From Candidatus Latescibacterota bacterium (GTDB lineage Bacteria; Latescibacterota; UBA2968), in the NCBI GenBank assembly GCA_965208125.1, contig OZ242320.1, positions 2,464,001 to 2,528,000 of the forward strand: DNA of 64,000 nt, in the 5' to 3' direction. A model generated the notes under the pieces. It was not told the origin of the DNA. It made no database searches and saw only the letters and a program-made list of their open reading frames with translations. The position numbers and the translations under genes were made by a program. Positions 37,281-46,837 of the stretch are shown here, in pieces. The first letter of the stretch is position 1, and every line of letters starts with the position of its first letter.

Positions 37281-39251
37281 TTAAAATCCATGTACCAGGT
37301 GTCCCTGTCCAAAGAAGAAGATGCTGTCTATCACGCAGGATGCAAATGTCGCTATGGCATATCCGATTAGCAGGCCGATGAAGAATGGCTGTCCTTTTCT
37401 GTAGAGGCGCACGCCACCTATTTTTAGTATGGTCGCTTTGTAGATCCAGATGAGAAATACGGAAAATACGGTTTTCTGCGCCATATAGGTGCCCTGTAGC
37501 ATGAGGGCTACGGGATGGAGGGGCAGGTGTACGAAGCGGTATTTCAAATAGGTGAGTACGGCGGTGATCAATACGCCAGATCCCATGAATAACATGCGTT
37601 CTACATCGGGTGCTTCCGGGTTGCGTATCCAGGTTACGGATGCGTCGTAGGAGCGCTGCGGTCCGATCAACAGGTTCCACGCGGCTCTGAGGTTGAAGCC
37701 GCCGCCGGAATAGCCCATGTATATGGCATGGAGTATTGCAAATGTCGCGCCGGCTACTACGGCGAGGACGATTACGCCGAATAGACGCCCCCGCTCGACC
37801 CGCAGCGGTGTGGTCAATTTGAGCATTTGCGCGATTGGGGGTCCCAGAAATCCCCGGGTTTTTCCGAACATGGCCCAGAGATAGCCCTGGCATGTCAATG
37901 TGGATGCGGTTACTGTTTGCCCGCCCATGATGTGGAGTGGGGTCCAGGTAATTGAATGGTAGGCGATATCTCCATAAGGCAGTCCCAGTTCTGCGGCGAA
38001 TCGGGCCATTCCGATGTAGGCGACTGCGGTGAAAAACAGGTACAGGACGACGACTCGGATTTCCATGCCCGCTGTGTGTAGCCACGCTACCATGTACAGC
38101 AAGGATGCTATGAGGGCGATTACTGCCGCGCGGTAGGATATCACTTCTTGAGAATCATCTACGTCGGAGGCATTTTTGAAGACTTTTCGAAATACGGTTT
38201 TCAGATGTCCACGCGCCATCCATAGTCCGAACATGACATAGGCGCATAGTACTCCGAAATTTTGTGACCGTACGGCTTCGCCACCTCCGTGCCCTGCCGC
38301 GATTCCCAGGCGGTCAAAGGTCGAGACTTCAATTTCTGTGAAGAGAAAGAATAACCAGAAGCTGAACAGGGTTTCGACTCGTGCAAAATAGGCAAAACCT
38401 ATGACGTAAATGCTGATTTGTACCCAGAAGGGTTTGGCACCTTCCAGCCAACGGAACCATTGCCCTTCGGTGTGCGTGGTTGGCAGTCCCGGTATTAAGG
38501 GGTAAAAATACGAGATGATGTTCCAGAATACTGCAAAGATCCCGACCCAGAAACCAACGCGGAAGAGCGGTTGGTTGAGCAAGGAGGGCATTCCCCCATT
38601 GCGCTTATCTACCTGAGCCACCTGCATACCCACTTCCATGAGCGGAAATTCCAGGCGTTCGTTTTCTACCCACTGTTTTCGCAGTATTACCATCAGGCAG
38701 AGGGCCACGCAGGCCGCTGCAGCTACAAAGGTCATCCACCAGAATACCGGTACTGCCCAGGATCCCCAGGGTATGGTATGGCCCGGGGGCAGGCCATCGT
38801 AGAAATGGGTCACGGCTTTGTCTTCGTTGTTCATGACCAGCCAGGAGACCATGTTGGGGTGCAGAAGTTCTGCCCAGCCGTTTTCCGGGGTGGCGAAATA
38901 ATAGGGTGCGGCAATTGTGCCGACGACGTAGGATGCCAGGCCATAGAATGGGAATAGGGAGCCGATCAGTCCCATGCCCAGGGCTACGCATAGTTGGCCC
39001 CGGTTCAGTGCCCACCGCGGTTTTACCCATCTGAGTAGCAGGTTGGTACCTACCAGCATCACAAATGGAAAGAACAGGCCCATTGGGAATAGGGCTTTGT
39101 TGTTCTTCGACGCCCGCAAGATCACGGTGGACCAGTTGATGTAGTAATCCGATGCGACGATTAACAGCAGGCCCGCGACTACGACTTTCCACGATATCAG
39201 CTTCGGTTCAGTTGCTGGATGTATTGCCTCCTGAGCAGAAGAAAGAGCCAA
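37281..39251 (-). CDS. DUF6785-like polytopic membrane protein (putative transporter)
   Basis: Many TM segments; YYFATPEN.W, IPW..W..P, LRKQWVENERLEFPL, PLHPV, K..ILKIGG..LYRK..PFFIGL. Confidence 0.75.
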   Translation of the reverse strand: MALSSAQEAIHPATEPKLISWKVVVAGLLLIVASDYYINWSTVILRASKNNKALFPMGLFFPFVMLVGTNLLLRWVKPRWALNRGQLCVALGMGLIGSLFPFYGLASYVVGTIAAPYYFATPENGWAELLHPNMVSWLVMNNEDKAVTHFYDGLPPGHTIPWGSWAVPVFWWMTFVAAAACVALCLMVILRKQWVENERLEFPLMEVGMQVAQVDKRNGGMPSLLNQPLFRVGFWVGIFAVFWNIISYFYPLIPGLPTTHTEGQWFRWLEGAKPFWVQISIYVIGFAYFARVETLFSFWLFFLFTEIEVSTFDRLGIAAGHGGGEAVRSQNFGVLCAYVMFGLWMARGHLKTVFRKVFKNASDVDDSQEVISYRAAVIALIASLLYMVAWLHTAGMEIRVVVLYLFFTAVAYIGMARFAAELGLPYGDIAYHSITWTPLHIMGGQTVTASTLTCQGYLWAMFGKTRGFLGPPIAQMLKLTTPLRVERGRLFGVIVLAVVAGATFAILHAIYMGYSGGGFNLRAAWNLLIGPQRSYDASVTWIRNPEAPDVERMLFMGSGVLITAVLTYLKYRFVHLPLHPVALMLQGTYMAQKTVFSVFLIWIYKATILKIGGVRLYRKGQPFFIGLLIGYAIATFASCVIDSIFFFGQGHLVHGF

Positions 39252-39264
39252 TTGAGATCTCCAT

Positions 39265-40002
39265 TTACCACCGGCTTCGCAGTGCCAGGCGGGGCATGTC
39301 GCGCACGTTATTGGTGGCGGCGTGGACGCAGAAGTGAGCGAAGAATAGTATGTCGCCGCATTTTGGCTCCAGTTCTACGGGGTCGCCGATATCGACGGTG
39401 TGCAGGTCCTGTGATAGCCGCCACATGTATTCGTATTTTTCGGGGTCGGATTCTGCCAGTGCGCGAATGGGTTTGTGGGATCCGGGCCACGCGACTGTTC
39501 CCCCGCCGTGTTTTTCAATGTCGTTGAGATATATGATGGAGTTGATGATGAATGGGCCGGGGAGTGTTTTGTGCATTTTGGCTTTTACACCACCGTCAAA
39601 ATGCGCCCCTTGCCACGCCCATGCTTCATTTGAGGGAAAGACGTTTTGAATGAGTGTGCCGTCTGGTGGATGAAAGAGATCTACACTTTCCCCGGTTAAT
39701 TGCGCCATTGCAGCCATCATTTCGGGTGTGTAACATGCGAGGAGGTCGGGGTGTTGGTTGCTGAAAAACTGGAATAATTTCGATCGGGGTTTAAATCCGG
39801 CCTGTAGCGTGGATGCAATCGCTTCGTCCGAAAAGTTGTCCCAGGTTCCCGGGTCGTCAGGGTCCATGCTCATGACTTCCCACATTGTGGCTTCGCCCGT
39901 GCGTGCAATAGCCTCGGGGATTAATCCCGAGGCCAGTATAAAACCGTCTCGATGGTATTGGTCAATTTGATTTTCTGTTAAGGGTAGTGTTTCAACGGTC
40001 AT
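39265..40002 (-). CDS. PhyH family dioxygenase
   Basis: LTENQIDQYHRDGF, AHFD, AWPGSH, GD..F.H...HAA..N...PR. Confidence 0.88.
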   Translation of the reverse strand: MTVETLPLTENQIDQYHRDGFILASGLIPEAIARTGEATMWEVMSMDPDDPGTWDNFSDEAIASTLQAGFKPRSKLFQFFSNQHPDLLACYTPEMMAAMAQLTGESVDLFHPPDGTLIQNVFPSNEAWAWQGAHFDGGVKAKMHKTLPGPFIINSIIYLNDIEKHGGGTVAWPGSHKPIRALAESDPEKYEYMWRLSQDLHTVDIGDPVELEPKCGDILFFAHFCVHAATNNVRDMPRLALRSRW

Positions 40003-40164
40003 TGCGATTCCTTTCTTTTAAGGTGAGGGAACTCACACAAAGACACGGAACGGGGTACAACTGGCCGTCTCTCAGGCCAGTTCACGCACAGAGATACAAG
40101 ACGATAAAGAGCCCCTTTATACCTCACCGCTTTTCAATATAAAAAACAACGGGTAATTATCCAA

Positions 40165-43100
40165 CTATCCCCTGCACAGGGGTTCAAAGAGGACAGGGTC
40201 GCCAATTGCGTAATCGACGACCTTTACCCAGGTGCCGGGCGATAGGTTTTGGAGTTTGTTATTGTTCGGGTCGATGTAGATGGTGGTGCGTATTTTCCCG
40301 GGGGGCCAGGTGCCCGCGTTTTGGGCGTTTGCAATAACGGCCCAGTCGTCGCTGGTTTCGGTTTGGAGTCGCGTGCCGTGGAGGTTGCCGGATTTTGCCA
40401 TGATGTGAAAGCCAAGGTCGATTTTGTTGTTTTCGATGGTGATGACTTTTGCGCGTCCCAGGATTGAGGTGACGTCCAGAGTGAGGCGTTGGATGTGGGC
40501 GTCGAGTTGTTCGGTGGCTTCGATGCGATAGCTGTGTGCGCGGCCGTCCGGGTTGATGGTGATGCGGTCACCCGCGGCGATGCCTTGCAGGCCCTCGATG
40601 TCGATGGAGCAGGTGTCCCGGTTGAGGGCGATGATTCGGCCAGTTTGTTGTGCGCGGGGATTTGTGAGGGTTGTTGCCGCGGTTTGAAAGGCGGTTGCAC
40701 CCATGGTGGAGATTTGGCCGTCTGCGACGACTGCGAGGGCACCTGTGAGGGCGACGCCATTTTCGAATTGGGTTTTGTCATTCGGGTTGGCATTGGGTGC
40801 CCAGTACAGGGCGATTTGTTTGCCTTTTGCGGTGGTGAGGTGGATGCCAGCGGCTGTGGGGTTGTGCGATGGTATGGCGTTAGTATTGGCGATGGTGGGG
40901 TTGCCGATGTGGGGTTCAAAGACGAGGTCGATGCAGGTGGTGTCGTTGTCAGGCGCGCGACGCCAGAGCAGGGGATGGTAGAGGTAGTTGGATTCTTCGG
41001 GTTTGCCCATGGCCTGTGCCGCACGGGCGTTGACGATCCGGGTGTTTGGAGAGGTGTTGAGTTGATGGAGGTCCAGGTGTACGGCTGGTTCGATTTGCGA
41101 TTGCCAGGTGCCCTGGAAGGTCGGTGGTGCCTGGGCGGTTGTTACGTTGTCCATATAGGCGAGGGCGGTGTGGTCCGGGTGGGGCAGATTGTCTGTTTGG
41201 GTGCGCTGGATGTGCGGGCCGGCGACTGTGCCGGGTTGGGGTTTGAGATCCACATTGTCGGTTTGGAATATGCCTTCCAGACCGCGACAGGTGCGCCAGT
41301 GTTCTGCGCCGCCCGCGATGCGCGAGAGGTCGAGGAGGGCGATGCCTTCGTCGTCGGTTTCGATCAGGGCGATGAGGCGGCGGAAGGTGATATCGAGTTT
41401 GCGCCATCCGCCGGATGGGTCGAGTGCCCAGCGAGTAGCTCCGATGTCGAGGATCTGGATGCCGTCGGTGAAGAGGGCGCGGACAAGGCGGCCACGGCCC
41501 GCGCTGGTGGGTTCGCCGGGTGGCAGGTCTGCCCAGACGGTGTTGTGGGTTGCCCAATGAGCTTCCCAAAGCGATGTGCTTGCCCAGGATTGGGGATAGC
41601 CGAGGTCTGTGAGAAAGGGACGGTCGAAGGCGAAGAGTTGGACGTCCAGGAGGTCTCGGTGGCGGTGGTGCATGGTGTCGCCATAGGCTATGCCCACGGC
41701 GGCTCGTTCGGGGGCTTCGGGTGTGCGCAAGATGGCAATGCCGACGCTGTCGAGGATGGTGGGACCGATTGCGCGGTGTTGTTTGTTTTTTACGGCGGAT
41801 TGGATTTCTTTGATGTGTGGGTCGTTAGTGAAGGCTATGGCGCGTTCCAGTACGCTGGGGTTCATGGGTGCGTGATAGAGGTCGTTTTCCAGGCGGATTG
41901 AGTCTTCTGTCTGGATGCCAGCGGAACCGGGGGCAGAGCCGTCGCCGAATTGGAAGTAGGATTTTCCGATCATGGTGATTTCGCACAGTGCCTGTGGGAC
42001 GCGCGCACCTCGTGGGTCGTTGAATAGCGAGGGGTACAGGGATTCCGGGTAGGCTTCGGGTTGCTGGATGCGGAGGTTGCGGAGGTCGTATTCCAGGTCG
42101 AAGAGGCCGTCGCTGTGAATGGCGTTGTACCCGCCCGTGGATTCTTGGGGTGTGCCGTCGGGCAAGATGTCATTGGTGGTGAAGACGCGCAGGGTGTCGG
42201 GTCCTTCGTCATAGACCCAGTCCATGACGTTCTGGGCGTCGGCGCGATCCAGGCAGCGCAGCAATATGAGTACGCCCTGGCTTTCGCGCGGTAGGTTGCT
42301 GCCTGCGCCTCGATCCAGGGTGACCTGCAGGAGGGCGGCGAGCATTTCTTCGATGAGTAGGCAGGTGTCTTCAGGGCTTTGCAGGGATAGGCCGAACGCC
42401 TGGGCGCGTTCGACGAGTTGTGTGTCTTCTTTCAAGAAGGGCCAGGCTGTGTCATAAGCCAGGGCTAGGCTTTCGATGAGGTAGGGGGTGTCGATGCTGT
42501 AGCGGATGCTGCCTTTTCTGCTCAGGGCGGCAACGGGGTCGGTTTCTTCTGCCCAGTCCGGCTGTCCCCATTCCCAGGGTTCTTCTACGCTTTTTGAGGG
42601 TCCGTAGCGGAACTGGGGGACCGCGGCGAGGTAGAGTTCTTCTGTGGCATAGCGCAGGAGCATGAGGCCGAGTTTGCGCGTGCGTTCTTCGTCGCGGTCG
42701 CCAGCGCGGAGGCTGTCTGTGAGTGCGTTGATGCCGGCGTGATAGGCGCGGCACTGGTCGCGGTGATAGGTGGCGGCAAAGAGGTAGATGTGGCCCTCTG
42801 CGTCGAAGTAGCCGTATCCGTCGTCTGCGTGTTGGCCTGATATATAGTCTTCTTTTGTAAGGTCATTGCTGGGATAGACGAAGGCGCAGTGGGGGCATTT
42901 CGATTTGAAATCACAGGGCAGGTGGTTGCGTTCCCAGGGATAGAAGCCGCTGTATTTGAAGATGGCGGTGCCGCAGTTTGGGCAGCCCTGATGGCAGTTG
43001 GCAAAGTGCGCTTTGGGTAGTTCCGCTGGCGGTAGTTGCGACCAGAGGATATGGTCGGGTTGGGATGACCACCAGGCGAGGGTTTTTTCGTTGATGTGTT

Positions 43101-43464
43101 CCGATCTGGGGTCATCTTGCAGGGTTTGTCGGGTTTTGGTGAGCTGGTAGTTTTGTCCCAGAGGCCATCGGCGGGGCCATTGCGCGCCGTTGTAGGTGTG
43201 GGGCTGGCGCAGGTTGTCCAGGGTGCGGACCTGGATGGTGGCTTTTGCGGTGTTGCCGTTGTGTGTTGCGATGAGGGTGTAGTCGCCCTGTTTTTGAGGA
43301 GATCGCAGGTAGTAGTAGCGTGCGGTGTCCCGCTCGCACCATCGGGTTGCGATGGTTTCAAAGTGGTCGGCTGTGAGGGCGATGTTGTCGCCGGTTGCTT
43401 GGACGGGCAGGCGGAAGTTGCGGCCGGGAAGGATGACTCTTGGCCGCCAGGGTATGCTGGGCAT
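40165..43464 (-). CDS. Large heparinase II/III-like (lyase/epimerase fold) protein
   Basis: DG..QESTGGYN, FQFGDG, GIAILR, HHRHRDLL, DLGYP, THNTV; N-terminal CPNC/CPHC..YPSND. Confidence 0.6.
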   Translation of the reverse strand: MPSIPWRPRVILPGRNFRLPVQATGDNIALTADHFETIATRWCERDTARYYYLRSPQKQGDYTLIATHNGNTAKATIQVRTLDNLRQPHTYNGAQWPRRWPLGQNYQLTKTRQTLQDDPRSEHINEKTLAWWSSQPDHILWSQLPPAELPKAHFANCHQGCPNCGTAIFKYSGFYPWERNHLPCDFKSKCPHCAFVYPSNDLTKEDYISGQHADDGYGYFDAEGHIYLFAATYHRDQCRAYHAGINALTDSLRAGDRDEERTRKLGLMLLRYATEELYLAAVPQFRYGPSKSVEEPWEWGQPDWAEETDPVAALSRKGSIRYSIDTPYLIESLALAYDTAWPFLKEDTQLVERAQAFGLSLQSPEDTCLLIEEMLAALLQVTLDRGAGSNLPRESQGVLILLRCLDRADAQNVMDWVYDEGPDTLRVFTTNDILPDGTPQESTGGYNAIHSDGLFDLEYDLRNLRIQQPEAYPESLYPSLFNDPRGARVPQALCEITMIGKSYFQFGDGSAPGSAGIQTEDSIRLENDLYHAPMNPSVLERAIAFTNDPHIKEIQSAVKNKQHRAIGPTILDSVGIAILRTPEAPERAAVGIAYGDTMHHRHRDLLDVQLFAFDRPFLTDLGYPQSWASTSLWEAHWATHNTVWADLPPGEPTSAGRGRLVRALFTDGIQILDIGATRWALDPSGGWRKLDITFRRLIALIETDDEGIALLDLSRIAGGAEHWRTCRGLEGIFQTDNVDLKPQPGTVAGPHIQRTQTDNLPHPDHTALAYMDNVTTAQAPPTFQGTWQSQIEPAVHLDLHQLNTSPNTRIVNARAAQAMGKPEESNYLYHPLLWRRAPDNDTTCIDLVFEPHIGNPTIANTNAIPSHNPTAAGIHLTTAKGKQIALYWAPNANPNDKTQFENGVALTGALAVVADGQISTMGATAFQTAATTLTNPRAQQTGRIIALNRDTCSIDIEGLQGIAAGDRITINPDGRAHSYRIEATEQLDAHIQRLTLDVTSILGRAKVITIENNKIDLGFHIMAKSGNLHGTRLQTETSDDWAVIANAQNAGTWPPGKIRTTIYIDPNNNKLQNLSPGTWVKVVDYAIGDPVLFEPLCRG

Positions 43465-43494
43465 GGTGAGGTCCTTTGGGGTGTGTCGCGTGTT

Positions 43495-45243
43495 TTATTT
43501 TCTCTTATCGCCCGGTTTTCGCACCGGGTATTCATAACGGTCTCCCCTGGCGTCATAGGAGACACTTAGCTGGCCGTTTTCTACAACGAGGCGCGGCGTG
43601 TTTCTGCCCCGGGGGGCATCACGGGTGGAACCGCGCATGACGGCAAATTGGGCTTCGGTCATGCCTTCGACTATATCTTCTCCCCAGCGGTCTTCGGGTT
43701 CGATGACGCCGCCGCGGTAGGAGTGGTGGCGGGAATAGTAACTGAAGAAGATGGACCGGCGGCTGATGTCGGATTTCCAGGGCCAGGCGCCGTGGGTGAG
43801 GACGGTGTCCATAAAGAAGAGGATGTCGCCGGCTTTTGGGACCGGTTGGCGGATGGCGCCCATGTCGTCGTCGCTGGTGCGGATGCCTTCGGGCATGCGA
43901 TAATAGGCTTTGTGGCTTCCCGGGACGCAGACGAACCCACCACCGCCAGGGGTTGTGTCGTGCAATTGCCAGACAGCGCGGACAAATTCGGCATGGCTGC
44001 GGCCGTTCTGGAAGACGTAGCTTCGGGAGGGTATGAGGGGTTCGTTGCCGCCGTGGAGGGAGTGCCCGGTAGAGCCTTTGACCGAACAGAAGGCGGTGGC
44101 CCCGTTGCACCGGTATCCGCTGCCCATCATCCAGTTGAGGCGGCCGATGACGGCCGGGTGGATGAGCATTTTGCGGAAGGGATCGCAATAGGGTTCGGGC
44201 AGGTGGAGAAGGCCGCTGAGGGTGGGGCGTCCGGTGCCCCGGAGGCTTTTGGATCCCCGGGCGAGTTCTTCGCCCACGACAATGCGATCGGAAAATTTGT
44301 CGATGGCTTCGTTGGCCCGTGCCAGCCATTCTTCGTCCATAACATTGCGCACGATGAGGTAGCCGGTGAGATCCCAGAAGTAGAGTTCTTTGTGGTCAAT
44401 GCCAGCGTCGGGGTCGGGTTTGTAAAACGAGGGGTGTATAATGTCCGGCGATTTTTCCAGCCAGGTCTTTTTGCCATCGGTATTGAGGGTTGGCGGCGGG
44501 TCGGTGGTGTCTTTGTATCCGGGGTTGGAGAGGACGGCCACATGTTCGGGCGGCAGATTGGCCATCCATTCCGGTCTGGGTTCTATTTTTGCTCCTGGCC
44601 CATTTGATTGCAGGACAGCGCGGTTGGCATATTCGCAGGCGATGAGACGCTGTGGATTGTGCCCTTTCCAGGGGCGGAGGCCCTGAAGGGTGGTGCCGCC
44701 AATGATGAGCAGGTCGCCAGCTTTGAGTACGGGTTGTTCGACCAGGTCCATGTCGTCTGCACCTGTGAGGAGGTCTTCGGGTGCTTCTACATTGCTTTTG
44801 TGGCTGGCTGGAACCAGGACCACGCCGCCGTCGTCCGCGTTGACATCGCAGAGTGCCCAAATGACGCGTACGCCGTGGCAGACGCGGTAGTGGTTCTGAA
44901 AATAGTAAGCCCGGGCCGTGTCTCTGGGTTCGTTGTTGCCATGTAGCGGGGCATTGGGATCGTCGTCAGCGGCTTCTCCGATCAGGCGGGGTGCTCTGTC
45001 CAGGCGAAAGCCGTGGCCACAGATCTGGTTGAGGTACCAGACCAGTACGGGATGGACCAGAAGGTCGCGGAAGGGGTCCCGCAGCGGAGCGGATAGTGTC
45101 AAGAGATTATCGGTGGGTCCGGCGTCGTCGAGGGTGTTGTTGAGGGTATCGACTTCTTTCGAGGTGAGGGCACCGGGGACGATGATATAGCCTTCGGTGT
45201 CAAAGAAGTAATTCTCTTCATTGGTCATAGATTCGCGGTCCAT
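43495..45243 (-). CDS. Tandem two-domain PhyH family protein
   Basis: Two repeats: YFFDTEGY..LHGNNEP..VPASHK..KAGD and YFWDLTGY..LHGGNEP..VPGSHK..KAGD..THGAWPW. Confidence 0.85.
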   Translation of the reverse strand: MDRESMTNEENYFFDTEGYIIVPGALTSKEVDTLNNTLDDAGPTDNLLTLSAPLRDPFRDLLVHPVLVWYLNQICGHGFRLDRAPRLIGEAADDDPNAPLHGNNEPRDTARAYYFQNHYRVCHGVRVIWALCDVNADDGGVVLVPASHKSNVEAPEDLLTGADDMDLVEQPVLKAGDLLIIGGTTLQGLRPWKGHNPQRLIACEYANRAVLQSNGPGAKIEPRPEWMANLPPEHVAVLSNPGYKDTTDPPPTLNTDGKKTWLEKSPDIIHPSFYKPDPDAGIDHKELYFWDLTGYLIVRNVMDEEWLARANEAIDKFSDRIVVGEELARGSKSLRGTGRPTLSGLLHLPEPYCDPFRKMLIHPAVIGRLNWMMGSGYRCNGATAFCSVKGSTGHSLHGGNEPLIPSRSYVFQNGRSHAEFVRAVWQLHDTTPGGGGFVCVPGSHKAYYRMPEGIRTSDDDMGAIRQPVPKAGDILFFMDTVLTHGAWPWKSDISRRSIFFSYYSRHHSYRGGVIEPEDRWGEDIVEGMTEAQFAVMRGSTRDAPRGRNTPRLVVENGQLSVSYDARGDRYEYPVRKPGDKRK

Positions 45244-45410
45244 GTCCGGGTTCTCCTTGAAAGAATAGATGGTGGGTGATGGGGTTTAGTTGATGGCAAA
45301 ATATAGCCTTTGACATGCAGGTGCAAGCCAAATAGATGTTCGCGCTTTTTGAAGGTTGCGTTCCGCGGAGCGTATCGCGTATATTGCGGGACAATCAAGG
45401 AGGAGATATT

Positions 45411-46010
45411 ATGAATGTGGCAGTGATTGGCGCAGACCGTCCCTGGGGTGCGTTGCTGGCGACGGGGTTGGGTGCGGGTTTTGAGGTGGTGGCGATCGGT
45501 TCGGAAGATGTCCGTGATATGGCCGGATACCGACAGGTCGATTTGCTCCAGCGGGAGTCAGTGGATCCGGTGCTGGCGGGCGTAGAGGCTGTTGTGTACG
45601 CGGCGGGCAGCGATCCGATAGGGGATAGCGAACAGGTTCTGCTCGATGTAGCGGCGCGGGGTACTTATGTGGCGCTGACGTCGGCCTGTGCCGCCGGTGT
45701 TGAGAAGGTGGTGCTGTTGAGTTGTCTGGATTTGGTGCGGGATTATCCAGAGGAATATATCGTTGATCCGCGGTGGAATGCGATACCGCGCGCTGAGGCT
45801 GAGGCGCTGGCACCGTTTATGGCAGAGTTGGTGGGGCGAGAGATTGCCCGTACGGGTCAGATCGAGGTGCGTTGTTTGCGCCTTGGTGCGCCGGGTGTGG
45901 AGACGATGGCGGCGGATGCGGTGGCGGCGGTGCGCGATGCGCTTATAGCCGAGCGCGAAGGGCACCACTGGTCGCTGGCGCATGTGGCGTCGAGTGGGCG
46001 TTTTGCTTGA
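45411..46010 (+). CDS. Short NAD(P)-binding epimerase/dehydrogenase-like protein
   Basis: AGGAGG RBS, VAVIGA Rossmann start, GTY...AC.AGVEKVVLLS; lacks YxxxK. Confidence 0.7.
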   Translation: MNVAVIGADRPWGALLATGLGAGFEVVAIGSEDVRDMAGYRQVDLLQRESVDPVLAGVEAVVYAAGSDPIGDSEQVLLDVAARGTYVALTSACAAGVEKVVLLSCLDLVRDYPEEYIVDPRWNAIPRAEAEALAPFMAELVGREIARTGQIEVRCLRLGAPGVETMAADAVAAVRDALIAEREGHHWSLAHVASSGRFA

Positions 46011-46021
46011 GGGGAAATATT

Positions 46022-46837
46022 ATGGCGACTGTAAATGAGGGCAATGTGGTGTTGTTTGGGGCGGGTGGTCCGGTGGGCGCAGCGGCGATTTCTGCGCTTA
46101 AAGACCACTATACTTTGCGGGTGACCGATCTTCGGCCGATGACGGAGATCGCGGTTTCGCCGCCGCAGAGTTCCCGGGCGCCGGTTCCAGAGGTGTTGGG
46201 TCCGCCGCACGAGAATCGGGTTGTGGATATTACGGATTACGAGCAGGTGCTGGCCGCGTGCGAGGGTATGGATGCGGCGATCAATGTGTCTGTGATTCGG
46301 CCGCATCCGGTGCTGGCTTTTCAGGTGAATATGGTGGGTGCATACAATGTGGCAAAAGCCTGTGTGGCATGTGGGATTAAGCGGCTGATTCACACGGGAC
46401 CTTTTCACACTTCGCTGGATCACAATGCCGATTATTGGCACGATTTTCAATTGGATGCCGATATCCCGCTGCATCCAGGCGATGATCTCTACGCGCTGAC
46501 CAAGTATCTGGGTGGGCAGGTGACACGCGTTTTTGCCGAGCGCGAGGGTCTGGAGGTGCTTGCATTTGTTTATACGCAGTTTCGTCCAGGAGAGGTGTTG
46601 CCCGAAGAATATGGGCGCGGCGCACATCCTTATACGACGTCGTGGGAGGATACGGGTACGGCGTTTTTGTGCGGGCTGCGAGCGCCCGAGATGCCGTCGC
46701 CTTATGAGAATTTTTTTATTTGTGCGCGGCTGCCGCACGATAAGTATCGGCCCGATAAGGCGAAGCGGTTGTTGGGGTGGGAGGCAAGGGATCGATTCGA
46801 GGCGTTGTATGTGCGGCCTTCAGGGGCGGGGGATTAG
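46022..46837 (+). CDS. NAD-dependent epimerase/dehydratase (uronate dehydrogenase-like SDR)
   Basis: VVLFGAGGPVG, VN..GAYNV, YALTK, AKRLLGW. Confidence 0.85.
   Translation: MATVNEGNVVLFGAGGPVGAAAISALKDHYTLRVTDLRPMTEIAVSPPQSSRAPVPEVLGPPHENRVVDITDYEQVLAACEGMDAAINVSVIRPHPVLAFQVNMVGAYNVAKACVACGIKRLIHTGPFHTSLDHNADYWHDFQLDADIPLHPGDDLYALTKYLGGQVTRVFAEREGLEVLAFVYTQFRPGEVLPEEYGRGAHPYTTSWEDTGTAFLCGLRAPEMPSPYENFFICARLPHDKYRPDKAKRLLGWEARDRFEALYVRPSGAGD

Noticed and set aside
40489-41901. 470-aa plus-strand ORF and similar long overlaps (16068-17171, 43648-44607, 42585-43565, 37267-38085)
   Set aside because: Antisense or alternate-frame shadows of well-supported genes in GC-rich DNA; no motifs.
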